Assembly: GCA_964019335.1 (NCBI GenBank)
Contig: OZ025728.1
Span: 372,001 to 436,000 of the forward strand
Length of the DNA: 64,000 nucleotides
Source of the DNA: Diplonema japonicum
Lineage: Eukaryota > Protista > Euglenozoa: Diplonemea
Reading direction: 5' to 3'
Shown: in pieces, positions 21,308 through 31,663 of the stretch
How the letters are laid out: each line of letters begins with the position of its first letter
Position numbering within the stretch: the stretch's first letter is position 1
Notes under the pieces: model-generated
Seen by the model: the letters and a program-made list of their open reading frames with translations, nothing else
What the model was told of the DNA's origin: nothing
Database searches by the model: none
Position numbers and translations under genes: made by a program

Positions 21308-23417
21308 TTTAAAAGTTTTTTCTTCTTTTTTTTCTTTTACTGTTGAATTATTTTGAAGAAAACAATAAAGGCACACCCACACAAAGAAGAAGAAGAAGAA
21401 AATACAAAAGAGGTGCAGCGCAAACACGTCACCACGAGGCAACCGGCAGGAGGAGCGCAAAGGCTTTCAGGTGAACTTTCACAACACAGATGGGAGAGCT
21501 GAACAAGACAAAAAACAATAATACATAGCCTACACGTTATACCGATACCTATCGGGTATTTTAATCGGTTCGGGTATTTAAATAGTGCAAAATTGTCGAA
21601 ATGGGGTCCAGAAACACGAAATACGACCCTCGGGGCACCATGGGCGTGGGTTACTTGGCAGCCAAAGCCCACCCCAATTTTAGCGAATTTTTGGGCGTGT
21701 TTATTTTATGTCATTTTACGTTATTTTTAATCAGTGAAAATTTTGGAGAATGAGAAGACGCTGTTTCAAGAACGCAACAGGGAGGGATAAGAGACTAAGG
21801 GTGAGCTAGAGAAGCTTGTGGGTGTTTGGAAGGTATGGCCACCCCCAGAAAGTACTCGAGAGAGATTCCCGAATCAATGGGACTCCAGACGATGCATGAG
21901 ACGCATGAGGGAACAGCGCTTTGTTCGCTGCATCGTAAGTAGAGGGTAAAACACGAGCAGTCCGTGGTGGCAGGAACGTCTGGAGACAAGGACTCTCTTT
22001 AGTGCTGGTGCGGATATTTCAGAGAAAGCTAGCGAATGCACTAGGGTTATTTTCCAGAAAAGTTGATTTCCCCCTTTTTTAGGGGACCGATGTTTCCGAC
22101 CTCCCAGTGGTGGTTCCTGGATCGTTCTTAAGCCGTACACGTGGGGAGACATTGACGGGGGGTGGAGAGTCCACTCTACACGTGGCGCCGGTTAGCATCG
22201 CCCTCAACGGAGAGTCCCTTATCCCATTACAACGAACAAGGAGGTGGCTTCACCAGGTCAGGCAGGTGGCCTCTCCGCGGCCTTGTGCCAATGAAGCAAG
22301 CCTCCCACAACTCTCCAGTTGGTGTTTAATTGCTTCTAAATGAAAATCAGATAGATAGAGCTATAGCCTGATTGCACGCGTGGTCCCCTTTTTGACTCGT
22401 TCTTTCATTACTCGTCAAAAAAAGGGACCCCACAAGTGAAATCAAAGAGCTGCTCAGAATTAAATAAAATCGTTGCGTTATAACGTGCAGGCTGTGATAA
22501 TAAGAAAACTAGTTTGGCGCTTCATTTGTTTGTGCACACGAGCGGAAAATAAGAATATATAAAAAAAGGGGGGGGTCTAAGAGTCTAAGGGTTTAAGGTG
22601 CAAAACAGTAATTGAAATTCTGAGAAGACGAAAGATTGCGAGTACCAGGAGGGTCCCACCACCCCTGTGTAAGGGAGGATCTTGGTGACACAGGTGTGGG
22701 TGTGGGTGTGGGTGAAAGTGTGGATGCCGTGTCACGACAGGGCCACGCGGGATTACGAGCGAGTGCTGCTTGCAACGGGTCAGTATGAGGCACACAGGGA
22801 GAAGGCGAAGGGGAAGAGGATTGCAAAGGCGAGTCAAGTGGATTCTCGCTCCCCATCGGGCCCGTCAGCAGTTCTCTCTCTTCTATTCGCCACCCGCTCC
22901 CCCCTTCCAGCCTAACCCTAGCTGCCGCGGCATCGTGGCTTCCATAAACCATAGCCACCCCCTCCGTTCCTGCCATGCACAGGCAGTAGACATACATATA
23001 TGTACCTGTAGTGAATTCTGGATACATTGAACTGTAGGAGAGGTAGGATGTTCCAGGAATCTAACAAGGTATGATGCAATATGGGAAAAGGGTGTGTGTG
23101 TGAGTGTGTTATTTGTGCTTGCCTACAACGACTTCCACCTCAAGTGCATGGACACCAGCAACTACCCCAAGGGTCACATGCTGTGCTCCACCGAAGGAGG
23201 ATGGTGAGGCGTACACTGAAGCATACAGACCCGAAGTGTAGATGCGGTCGGTGTAGCAGTCGGAGATGCGGTCGGCAGTCGGGGATGCAGTCGGTGTAAG
23301 TGTAGGTTTAGGTGTGTCATGGCTATAACCATGAGACCTGCAAAGACTTAGCACACAAGTATGGTGTGGAAAGTTAAAAAAGGTGTGTATGGGGAGGGAA
23401 TTGAGTTTTGTTTGTTG

Positions 23418-24848
23418 TTAAGCATCAGCAGCCTTGGGTAACCACCCATGAGCCACCAGTGCTGCCATTGTCTCCTCCTCCGTCTCTCCCTGAAGCAAGT
23501 AATGCACGTATGCCATGTGGCGCAGACGGTAGGTGCATCTGTGCTTTCTAATGATGTCCAGCGACCTCTCCTCAATATTGCGAATAGTTCCTTTCTCCTC
23601 CACACTTAGACAGCTCAACCCTCGAGGCCCAGCTGCGGCTATCTTTTCGCACAAGAGGCAAGATTCTTCGGCAAGTGCTACATTTTTCCACTCCTCAAAA
23701 GTGTCTCCATAGTTCTCGACTATTCCTGTGGTGTCATTAGATTATTCTTTTTCTCCATCATACCTTTGCAAACCCCTTCTGGAACTCTGCAGGGTCTTTA
23801 ACTCCGTCCACTGTGAGTAGCAGTTGTTGGTGTTTGTTATCACGTACATACAAGGTTTCAGGAAGTCCTGCTTCAGCCCACGCATGTTCCCTCCGAAGTG
23901 CAAGTAGTACTCCCTCAGGTGTTCCTTGTACTTCGCATTGCCCCAAGCCTCTCCTTGAACGGTTTGGCTTCGGGGTCGCAGTCGAAGGTTTTCACAAGGT
24001 CGTCGTAGTTCATGCGGTCAAGGTACCAGCTGTTGCACGTTTGATGAATCGTGGGGATCAGTGCGGCAAGCTGCATGCGTATGGTTAAAAAGAGGTGGTG
24101 CATACTGTAGGGTTGGAGGTCTCAATCACAACGGGGATGTTCCTTCCTGGGTGATCGTAGGCCGTCCTCCTACCCATCGATGCGGCCATCTTTGCAATGT
24201 TCCGATGTTGCTCAATGCTCAAGTCCTTGGTCTCTATCTTCCAGTAGATCAAGAAGGGGCGCTTGTACTTCTCCGCCGACACCTCAAGTGCCTTTTTGAA
24301 AATGGCAGTTGATCACCACTCAAGGGGTGGGTAGTCCCATACTTCTCGGCTAGCGCCTCTTCAAAGAGTTTCCTCAAGCCTTTGGTATCCTCATCAAGAG
24401 AAGCTCTCAACACACACCACATTATCTTTTCCCCAAAAGCAAGCATTATTGCAGAGGTCTTCCCCGCTCCCTTCGGACCGCCGAGCATGACAAACGAGTT
24501 TTGGTTCTTCGGATTGAAGTTAGCCCAGTACTCTTCCAACTGGGTCGCCATTGCTTTCACCTCTGTGTGCACAAATATTCCAGCGAACTGAGGCTTCTCA
24601 AGGGAAGCCTCAAGTAACTTCACAACGCTGGCTCTTTCGTTCCGTGGATTCTGGTACTGAGTTTTGATCAAATCAAGGCAAGGTGGGCCTCCGAGAAAGG
24701 CCAACGCGGCTATCCACCATTTGTCACTTATCCACTTCTGCCAATCCCTCCCTCTTGATCCCAAACCATCTGAGCCACCTGCGCCACCTTTATTATTATC
24801 CCCTCCTGAACCTGCGTTTATGGCAGCTTCCATTGCTCTCGTATGCAT
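23418..24848 (-). pseudogene. Frameshifted P-loop NTPase with N-terminal membrane anchor
   Basis: Walker A FVMLGGPKGAGKT; the reading frame continues through several shifted short ORFs (24085-24282, 23915-24103, 23758-23946, 23418-23654). Confidence 0.55.
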
Positions 24849-24949
24849 GGGAGGACATGGTCTTTTTGGACACGAGGAGCAGCATGGCCGAGTCTAAGAA
24901 CATTGGCCTTCTAAGAAGCATGTTTTTTTTTTTAACCCACCCTGTAGTG

Positions 24950-26696
24950 TTGACAGGGGTAGGTCGTTCCATTCCCTTCTGCCAAACTGGAAAATCGGAA
25001 TTTAGCAGAACAGTGGAACCGGAACGAGGCAAAACAGGGAATTCCTTAAACTTTTTTTTCTTCTTTTTTTTTCTCTTCTTTTTTTCTTCTTTCTTTTTTT
25101 TTTTTTTTTTTTTCTCGCACCCAAAAGGGGTCTACTAGGTGTTTTTTGTAAGTTGAAAGGAAAATAATATAAAAGAGGTAAAGGAGACCAGTGACAGCGT
25201 TCGTGTCCTTAATGCATGCGGTGTGCAGCTCAACCCCAGATGGGTGTGGTATCTGTGCATCCGATACGTTCTACTGCCTCAACACTGAGATGACAATCAA
25301 TCTCCCTTGTCAGTTGTCCTCCGCCTCATTGAACCTTTCAAAGGTTGGGTTGTTTCTTCACTGTTGACAACTGGTACACGTCACCAGATCCTTTTACCCT
25401 TTACTTTCTAGTGTAAATTATTATTATTTACTGTTTTCCACTTTGTTTACTTCTTTTTACCCCCTTACGAAACAGGGTGTCGGGTCAAAAATCGTACGAA
25501 AGAGCACCTCTTCACAACTCGTCACCCTTTCCCCATGGGGGTGGAGTCTGCTGGTGCAACTGGATGTTGGGACAGAAGGGCAAGGCATTAAGAAGAAAAA
25601 GAAGGATGAGCAAAGCGTCCGTTAAAGAAAAGCAAGCCAGGATAGACTTGTGTACCGCTCACGGGACTCTCCCCAACACTGTCATTATTTTTGATAGTTT
25701 TGCAACTTTTTTTTTTTTTTTTCTTTTTTTCCCTTTGGGAAAAAAAAAAAAAAAAAAATGGGGGGAAAAAAAAGAGAAAAAAATCCTTGATTTTTTTTGA
25801 CATACATGATGTGTTTACCTTTTTTTTTTTTTTTTTTTCCTTCTTTTTTTCTTGTCTTCTCACATTTTTTCACACACCTAAGCCAAGCTGTTGTTTCTGC
25901 TTTCCGCATCAAATGTTGTATTTGGATGTAATAGAAAAGGGGGGAAATAATAAATAATATGTATAAGAGGAGGGTGTGTATGTTTATACAACCTGTGTAA
26001 ACAGATCGGTTCCTTGCTTTCAGCGCCGTGCCCCTAATGCGTGCGATGTACAGCTCAACCCCTGCATCGCACTGCCTGTTTGTTGCACATATTTTCTTGT
26101 TATCCCCCCCCCCCCCCCCACCTGAAAATAATATGTAGGAGATAAATATATGAGTTAAAGGAGGCTGGTGTTGGCAGCACCCTGCACATCAACTGTCTAC
26201 TTGATTACAGGGGGGCGCACCGCAGCCGAGTTGTAGCTTCTTCTGCGTTCTGCATCGTTTCCTTAATCACCGCGGCCGGGATGTAGCTTCTTCTGCGTTC
26301 CACATCGTGCCCTTAATCACTGCAGCCAGGTTGTAACTTCTTGCATTCCGTGTCATTTCCTTAACCACCACGGCCGGGTTGTAGCTTCTTCTGCGTTCTG
26401 TGTCGTGTCCTTAATGTGTGTGGAGTACAGCTCAACACTGCCTGCTTTTCCCTGTGCAGTATAGTGGTACATGTTATAAAACACGTGCCATGTTGTGCAC
26501 CCTGTGTTGCATACATTGTGTGCAATGTCAGGTATGCCATACATGGTGTAAAACCCCAGCCAGGGCACCCCAGGTAACCAAGATTCTGCGCTCGTGTTGT
26601 TTGCTCAGTGATGACAGATGAGGAGGACAGTGAACAACACATCTGATGTTTTTCTTATATTTTCATGTTATCCCCACCACCTGAAAAAGAAGATAA

Positions 26697-26751
<55 letters not shown>

Positions 26752-26787
26752 AACAGTCAGCACCCCCATGCACACTGAAATTTTATT

Positions 26788-26818
<31 letters not shown>

Positions 26819-27035
26819 CTTTTTTTTTTTTTTTGTACATTGTTCACCAGGAGGTGCACATTGTGACACCTGCTTTCCCTGTGCAGCATAGTGGTACATG
26901 TTATAAAACACGTGCTGTGTTGTGCACCCTGTGTTGCATACATCATGTGTGTCGAAAATTTGCAGTGTTGGGGTGGTTTGTGGGCCAGACCCCTCAGACC
27001 ACCAGTCTGGCCAACATTGCCCATCCAACCCTTTT

Positions 27036-27072
<37 letters not shown>

Positions 27073-27161
27073 ATTGTACTTTTCTTGCAAAGGCCTCTTT
27101 TTAATATTTTTTTCAAAGCAGGTCTCCAAACCCCCTGACATTTTTTTTAATTTTTTTTTTT

Positions 27162-27202
<41 letters not shown>

Positions 27203-28114
27203 TAGTCACAACAAGGTAGTATGAGCCTTGCCTCACATCGGTGACATCCCACCCAAACCTAGGACCTCTTTTTTTGAACCTTTGAAACCAAAAGTGCCAA
27301 AAAAATGCAAGCCCCAGCCTAAATTTGGGCCTTTGTGACACAAAAAATACAAAGAAATTTTTTGGTCCCAAGAGTCCCCTGAGTCGTGAGAGTGACATGG
27401 GGGTAGGGAACAAGCCCTCCAAGCTGATCCCAAAGCATGGAATAACCCTACACTGCAGATCCAAGCTTGAGTACCACCCAACATCAACACTTAGGCACTG
27501 CCAAGGCAGACCAGGTGTTGCTCACTCCTTTAATTGGAATTCCTCACAAGTGTAAAAAACATCTCCCTCCCACCTACCTACCTCTATCATTTGCATTTAT
27601 CAGTGTTTTATGAGGAAAAGGGGAAAGAAAAAAAAGGAAAGGAGAAGAGGTAAAAAACCCACTTCTATTTTTTGGCAAATACTTGTAGATAAAGGACCCA
27701 CAATTTTGTGGTATGAGTACTCACCCCCCCACCCCAAAAGGTGAGAAAGCACCTGTTAAAAACTAGCAAGCTGTGATTTGCTTGTGTTCTTCTTTTTTTT
27801 GACTCTTTAATTAATTCTGTTTTCCCTTTCCCCCACCCACCCCCACACCCCCCTGGCTGGGAGGAGGGAAAAAGAAAGAAGAGAGAATGGTCTGGCCAGC
27901 CTAAAAAAAAAGAGGTTTATTTAAAAAAAAAAAAAAATGCAGAAGAAGCTACAACCATGGTGGTTAAGGAAATGACATGGAATGCAAGAAGTTACAACCT
28001 GACTGCAGTGATTAAGGGCATGATGTGGAATGCAGAAGAAGCTACATCCTGGCCATGGTGATTAAGGAAACGATGCAGAATGCAGAAGAAGCTACAACTT
28101 GGCTGCAGTGTGCC

Positions 28115-28145
<31 letters not shown>

Positions 28146-28390
28146 CAAATAAACCTCTTTTTTTTGGCTGGCCAAGCCCTCTCCTTTCTTTTTCTCCCTC
28201 CCTGGCCTCGGGTAGGGGTGGGGTGGGTGGGGCCCGGGTGGGTGAAAGTGAAGAGGAGCGAAAAAGGGGGTACACAAGTCTATCCTGGCTTGCTTTTCTT
28301 TAACGGACGCTTTGCTCACTTTTGGGTAGGGGGGTGAGCAACTCATACTGCACATTTGCAGGGTCTTTATCTACAAGTTTTGCCTTGGGT
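24950..28390. repeat. Mosaic of dispersed repeat modules, including a ~50-bp minisatellite (GCAGAAGAAGCTACAAC core)
   Basis: Modules recur at 38450-43480 and 55300-55580 in both orientations; 50-bp units at 26221-26415 and 27938-28110. Confidence 0.85.
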
Positions 28391-28943
28391 TATGTTTTTC
28401 TTTTTTTTTTTTTTTTTCTTTCTTTTTTCTTCTTTTTTTTTCCTTTTTTTTTTTTCCTTCTGGGGGTGGGGTTGTTGGTAAAACGTGGGTAATATTTGGG
28501 TATTGTTAAATAAGGTTGCTGCTCACTGTTTCTTTTCTCTTTCTTTTCTTTTTTCTTTGTTCCTTTCTTTTTATTTTTTCTCTTCGTAGTGCTCTTCTTA
28601 TTTCACACTTGTTCTCTTTTTTTCCTCTTCTTCTTTTTCTGGGGGTAAACGAGTTGGGTTGTTTGGGTAAACGGGATTAGATAAGGCTGCTGCTCACAAA
28701 CTTTTTTTTTTCTTCCTCTTTCTTCTCTTCATGGCGCTCTTCTTATCCGTATTTATATTCCTACACTTGTTCTCTATTTTTCTTTTCCCTTTTCTTTTTC
28801 TTTTCTCATTTGTCCTGTTCATCCCATTAATTATTTCAATTCTCACACTATTTCCTTTCTTTTTGTTCTCTGTTCCCGTTTTTTTTTCTCTTTTTTTTTC
28901 TTTACTATTCTATTTACTTCTATTTTTTTTTTTTTTTTTTTTT

Positions 28944-29092
28944 AAAAAGGGGGACTTGAGAAAATAAATAAAAAGGGGGACTTGAGAAAATAAATAAAAA
29001 GGGGGACTTGAGAAAATAAATAAAAAGGGGGACTTGAGAAAATAAATAAAAAGGGGGACTTGAGAAAATAAATAAAAAGGGGGACTTGAGAA
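28944..29092. repeat. Perfect 26-bp tandem repeat AAAAAGGGGGACTTGAGAAAATAAAT, 5 full copies plus a partial
   Basis: GGGGGACTTGAG at 28949, 28975, 29001, 29027, 29053 and 29079. Confidence 0.95.
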
Positions 29093-29731
29093 TGTTTTTT
29101 TTTTTTTTTTTTTTTTTTTTTTTCCTTCAAAAGACACACAAGGCACGATAAACCTTAAGAGAAAATAAAAATATTCCAAAACAGACAATCAAGTTCCAAC
29201 CTGGGAGGAAGGCATGGGTTTCTCTTTTTCTTTATGGGAGGGAGAGGGGAAGAAGAAGAAGCAACTCCAAATGATAAAAATTCAAAAATAAAAATCTCAA
29301 AAAAGGCTTAAAAGAAGAAGAGGCAAATTCAAAAACATACTAGGGAGGAATGAGTGGGGCAGGGGGTAAAATTTAGGAGGGGGAAAGAGGGAGAATCAAA
29401 AAAGGGGAAAGGGGCAGAGTGACCAATGTCCATGCGAAAAAGCATAGAGCGGGGGAAGAAGAAAATCAAAAACAGGAAAAACACATCACCACAAAAGAAA
29501 AAGAAAAAAGAAAAAAAAAAAAACGTCGACCGAGATGGTTCCACTTCAAAAAGAAAAAGAAAAACAGAAAAATAAAAAAAAAAAAAAAAAAAGAAAAACA
29601 AAAAGAAAAAAAAAAAGGAAAAAAAAAAAAATCTAAGTGGTTCTATCTAGCCTGGCCGTTGTAGCACCTGTTCCCTATTCTTTTATTTTTCCCTTTTTTT
29701 TTTTCTCAGAAAAAAAAAAATTCACATCTTC

Positions 29732-31663
29732 CTATGGCGGGGGGGGGGGGGGGGGGGGGACCAGCCCCCCACACCCCCGCTGGCCTATCTGGCCAGCGAG
29801 CCTTTGGACCTCTTCTTGTGGGGTATGGGCCCCACCCGTGCCCTCCCCGACTCGAGCTGCAGCCAAGCCACCGCACTGTTCACCGGCCCAGTTCTCCCTG
29901 TCGCGCACCTTGACCGTGTCCCGCACCAGGTCGTCGCTCCCCAGCTCTTCCATCAACCTGTGCTCCGCCAAGAACTTGAACTGGGGCCCGGTCATCCCCT
30001 TGAGCTCACCCCTGCATATGTTGGCTTCGACCACGGTGCCATCCGCCCCCGTACCCTTCAGATAGATGTAGCCACCCTCCACACAATCCGAGTCAGTACT
30101 GGCCGATCGGGCCCGGGCCCGCTTCTTGTCCTTCTTGCTCCACTTCAGCTCTTCCAGGGTGGGGAGGTCCGTGGCAACCACCTCAGGCCGCCTCTCCCTG
30201 TCTTCCTCCTTCTTCCGGGCCAACAGCCCAAGATACCTCTCAAAGGAGACGTCCTCGAACAACCCCGGGACCGTCACCACCGCTGACTGCAGGTCGACCT
30301 CTTCAACACCCATCTTCCGCAGATGGTCCTGGACAGTGCGCCTCGTCTCCTTCTCGCAGGGCCCCCTCCCCTCGTAGACGTCGAGGGTGACCTTCCTTCC
30401 ATCCCTCACCCACGCCTTCACTTTGATCAGGTCCTTGACCTTTCCCACTGGGGCCCTTATCCTTGCGTCGCACCTCTCCAAGAACTCGCGTAGTGTCACC
30501 TTGGTAGCGCCGGCTCCCGCCGCAATGCCCACTACCCCTTCCTTCCCCGGTGTCGGGTGGTGTCTGCACCCCCGGGTCTGCAACTTGACCACCCTCCATG
30601 CCGTTTCCAGAGTCCCCTTGAGCACGCCACCCTTGAAACGAACAGGTTGCACCGCCGAACACCCACACGCATACGTGATCTGGAAATCCTGGACCGTCCT
30701 CGGGAACTCGAACTCGCGGTATGTTTCCGACTTCTGCACCTCACAACCCACAATGCGGCTGCGGCGCTCTCCGTCCGACCCACCTTCCAAGCTTGCGAAG
30801 TACTGCTTTACCATCATGTATCCAAGTCCAGCGATACCAATCTGGCCAGCCATAGCCACCTCCAGTGGAACACCCAGCGACTCGGCCTTCGCAAGAAGCA
30901 TCTCCTCAGTCCTCTCCCTTCCAGGGTCCGTTCCTTCTTCAAGGATGATCTCCACCCGGCCCTCGAACTGGATGATGAACTTGAGCAGTCGGTCCCCCGG
31001 CCTCGCCCTCAGTGGCACCATCGCTCTCGGAATTGGGATGCCCATCACCACATCAATCGGGTCAAGCTGAACGAAGTCTCCCCCTACTTCCACCTGCTGT
31101 TCCCTTTCCGGTGCCCCGACTCCCATCAGCTGATCTCCCTCCGGCGTCTGGATCCCACCCCTAGGTGTGTCAGGCCCCGACTGGCTGCCTCCGCTCGGTG
31201 CGTTCCCGCCCTCTTTGGTCCCTTCGGGGGCGTCATCCGCCTGCGGCTTCAGAGTCCTCCCACCGCCCTGTCTCTTCGCAGCTTGTTCCCTACAGAACTC
31301 GCTCACGGTCATCTTCCTCGTAGCAGTTGTCGCACTCTGGTCCCCCTTGTTCGAGTCCCTCTGGGCCTCCGTATCCCCCTTAGGACACTGGTCCAAGGTC
31401 TGGTTCACCGCAGCGTCAGTCGCCCCTTGTCTCTTCCCATCTTCCTGGGCCTTCGGGTCAAGCCCCCCTCCCTGCCCAGCCCTCTCACTGGATCCTGTTC
31501 CGGCCATCTCCGTGTCTTCTCCTCCCGGTGAGGCTGCTTCGAGTCCTGCTCCCGCTTTCCCTTGTGTTCCACCCTCCGCCGGTTCCGCCTTTCGCTGCTG
31601 TTGCATTCGGGCGTCCAGGTCCTTCTTCGTCTGCTCCAGAAGGGCATCCAGCTGGTGGGCCAC
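29732..31663 (-). CDS. Unknown ~640-aa ORF downstream of, and overlapping, the RT-RLE ORF
   Basis: Long stop-free frame with the same composition as the RT ORF; disordered first third, globular-looking remainder. Confidence 0.7.
   Translation of the reverse strand: MAHQLDALLEQTKKDLDARMQQQRKAEPAEGGTQGKAGAGLEAASPGGEDTEMAGTGSSERAGQGGGLDPKAQEDGKRQGATDAAVNQTLDQCPKGDTEAQRDSNKGDQSATTATRKMTVSEFCREQAAKRQGGGRTLKPQADDAPEGTKEGGNAPSGGSQSGPDTPRGGIQTPEGDQLMGVGAPEREQQVEVGGDFVQLDPIDVVMGIPIPRAMVPLRARPGDRLLKFIIQFEGRVEIILEEGTDPGRERTEEMLLAKAESLGVPLEVAMAGQIGIAGLGYMMVKQYFASLEGGSDGERRSRIVGCEVQKSETYREFEFPRTVQDFQITYACGCSAVQPVRFKGGVLKGTLETAWRVVKLQTRGCRHHPTPGKEGVVGIAAGAGATKVTLREFLERCDARIRAPVGKVKDLIKVKAWVRDGRKVTLDVYEGRGPCEKETRRTVQDHLRKMGVEEVDLQSAVVTVPGLFEDVSFERYLGLLARKKEEDRERRPEVVATDLPTLEELKWSKKDKKRARARSASTDSDCVEGGYIYLKGTGADGTVVEANICRGELKGMTGPQFKFLAEHRLMEELGSDDLVRDTVKVRDRENWAGEQCGGLAAARVGEGTGGAHTPQEEVQRLAGQIGQRGCGGLVPPPPPPPP

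Noticed and set aside
101-21460. Poly-Phe / poly-Lys ORFs and plus-strand antisense ORFs in the track
   Set aside because: Artefacts of homopolymer spacers or shadows of GC-rich minus-strand genes
22577-23354. PT-rich secreted protein gene
   Set aside because: Fragmentary frames with no clear start or domain
28944-29092. CRISPR array
   Set aside because: Repeats are contiguous with no spacers, there are no cas genes, and the context is eukaryotic
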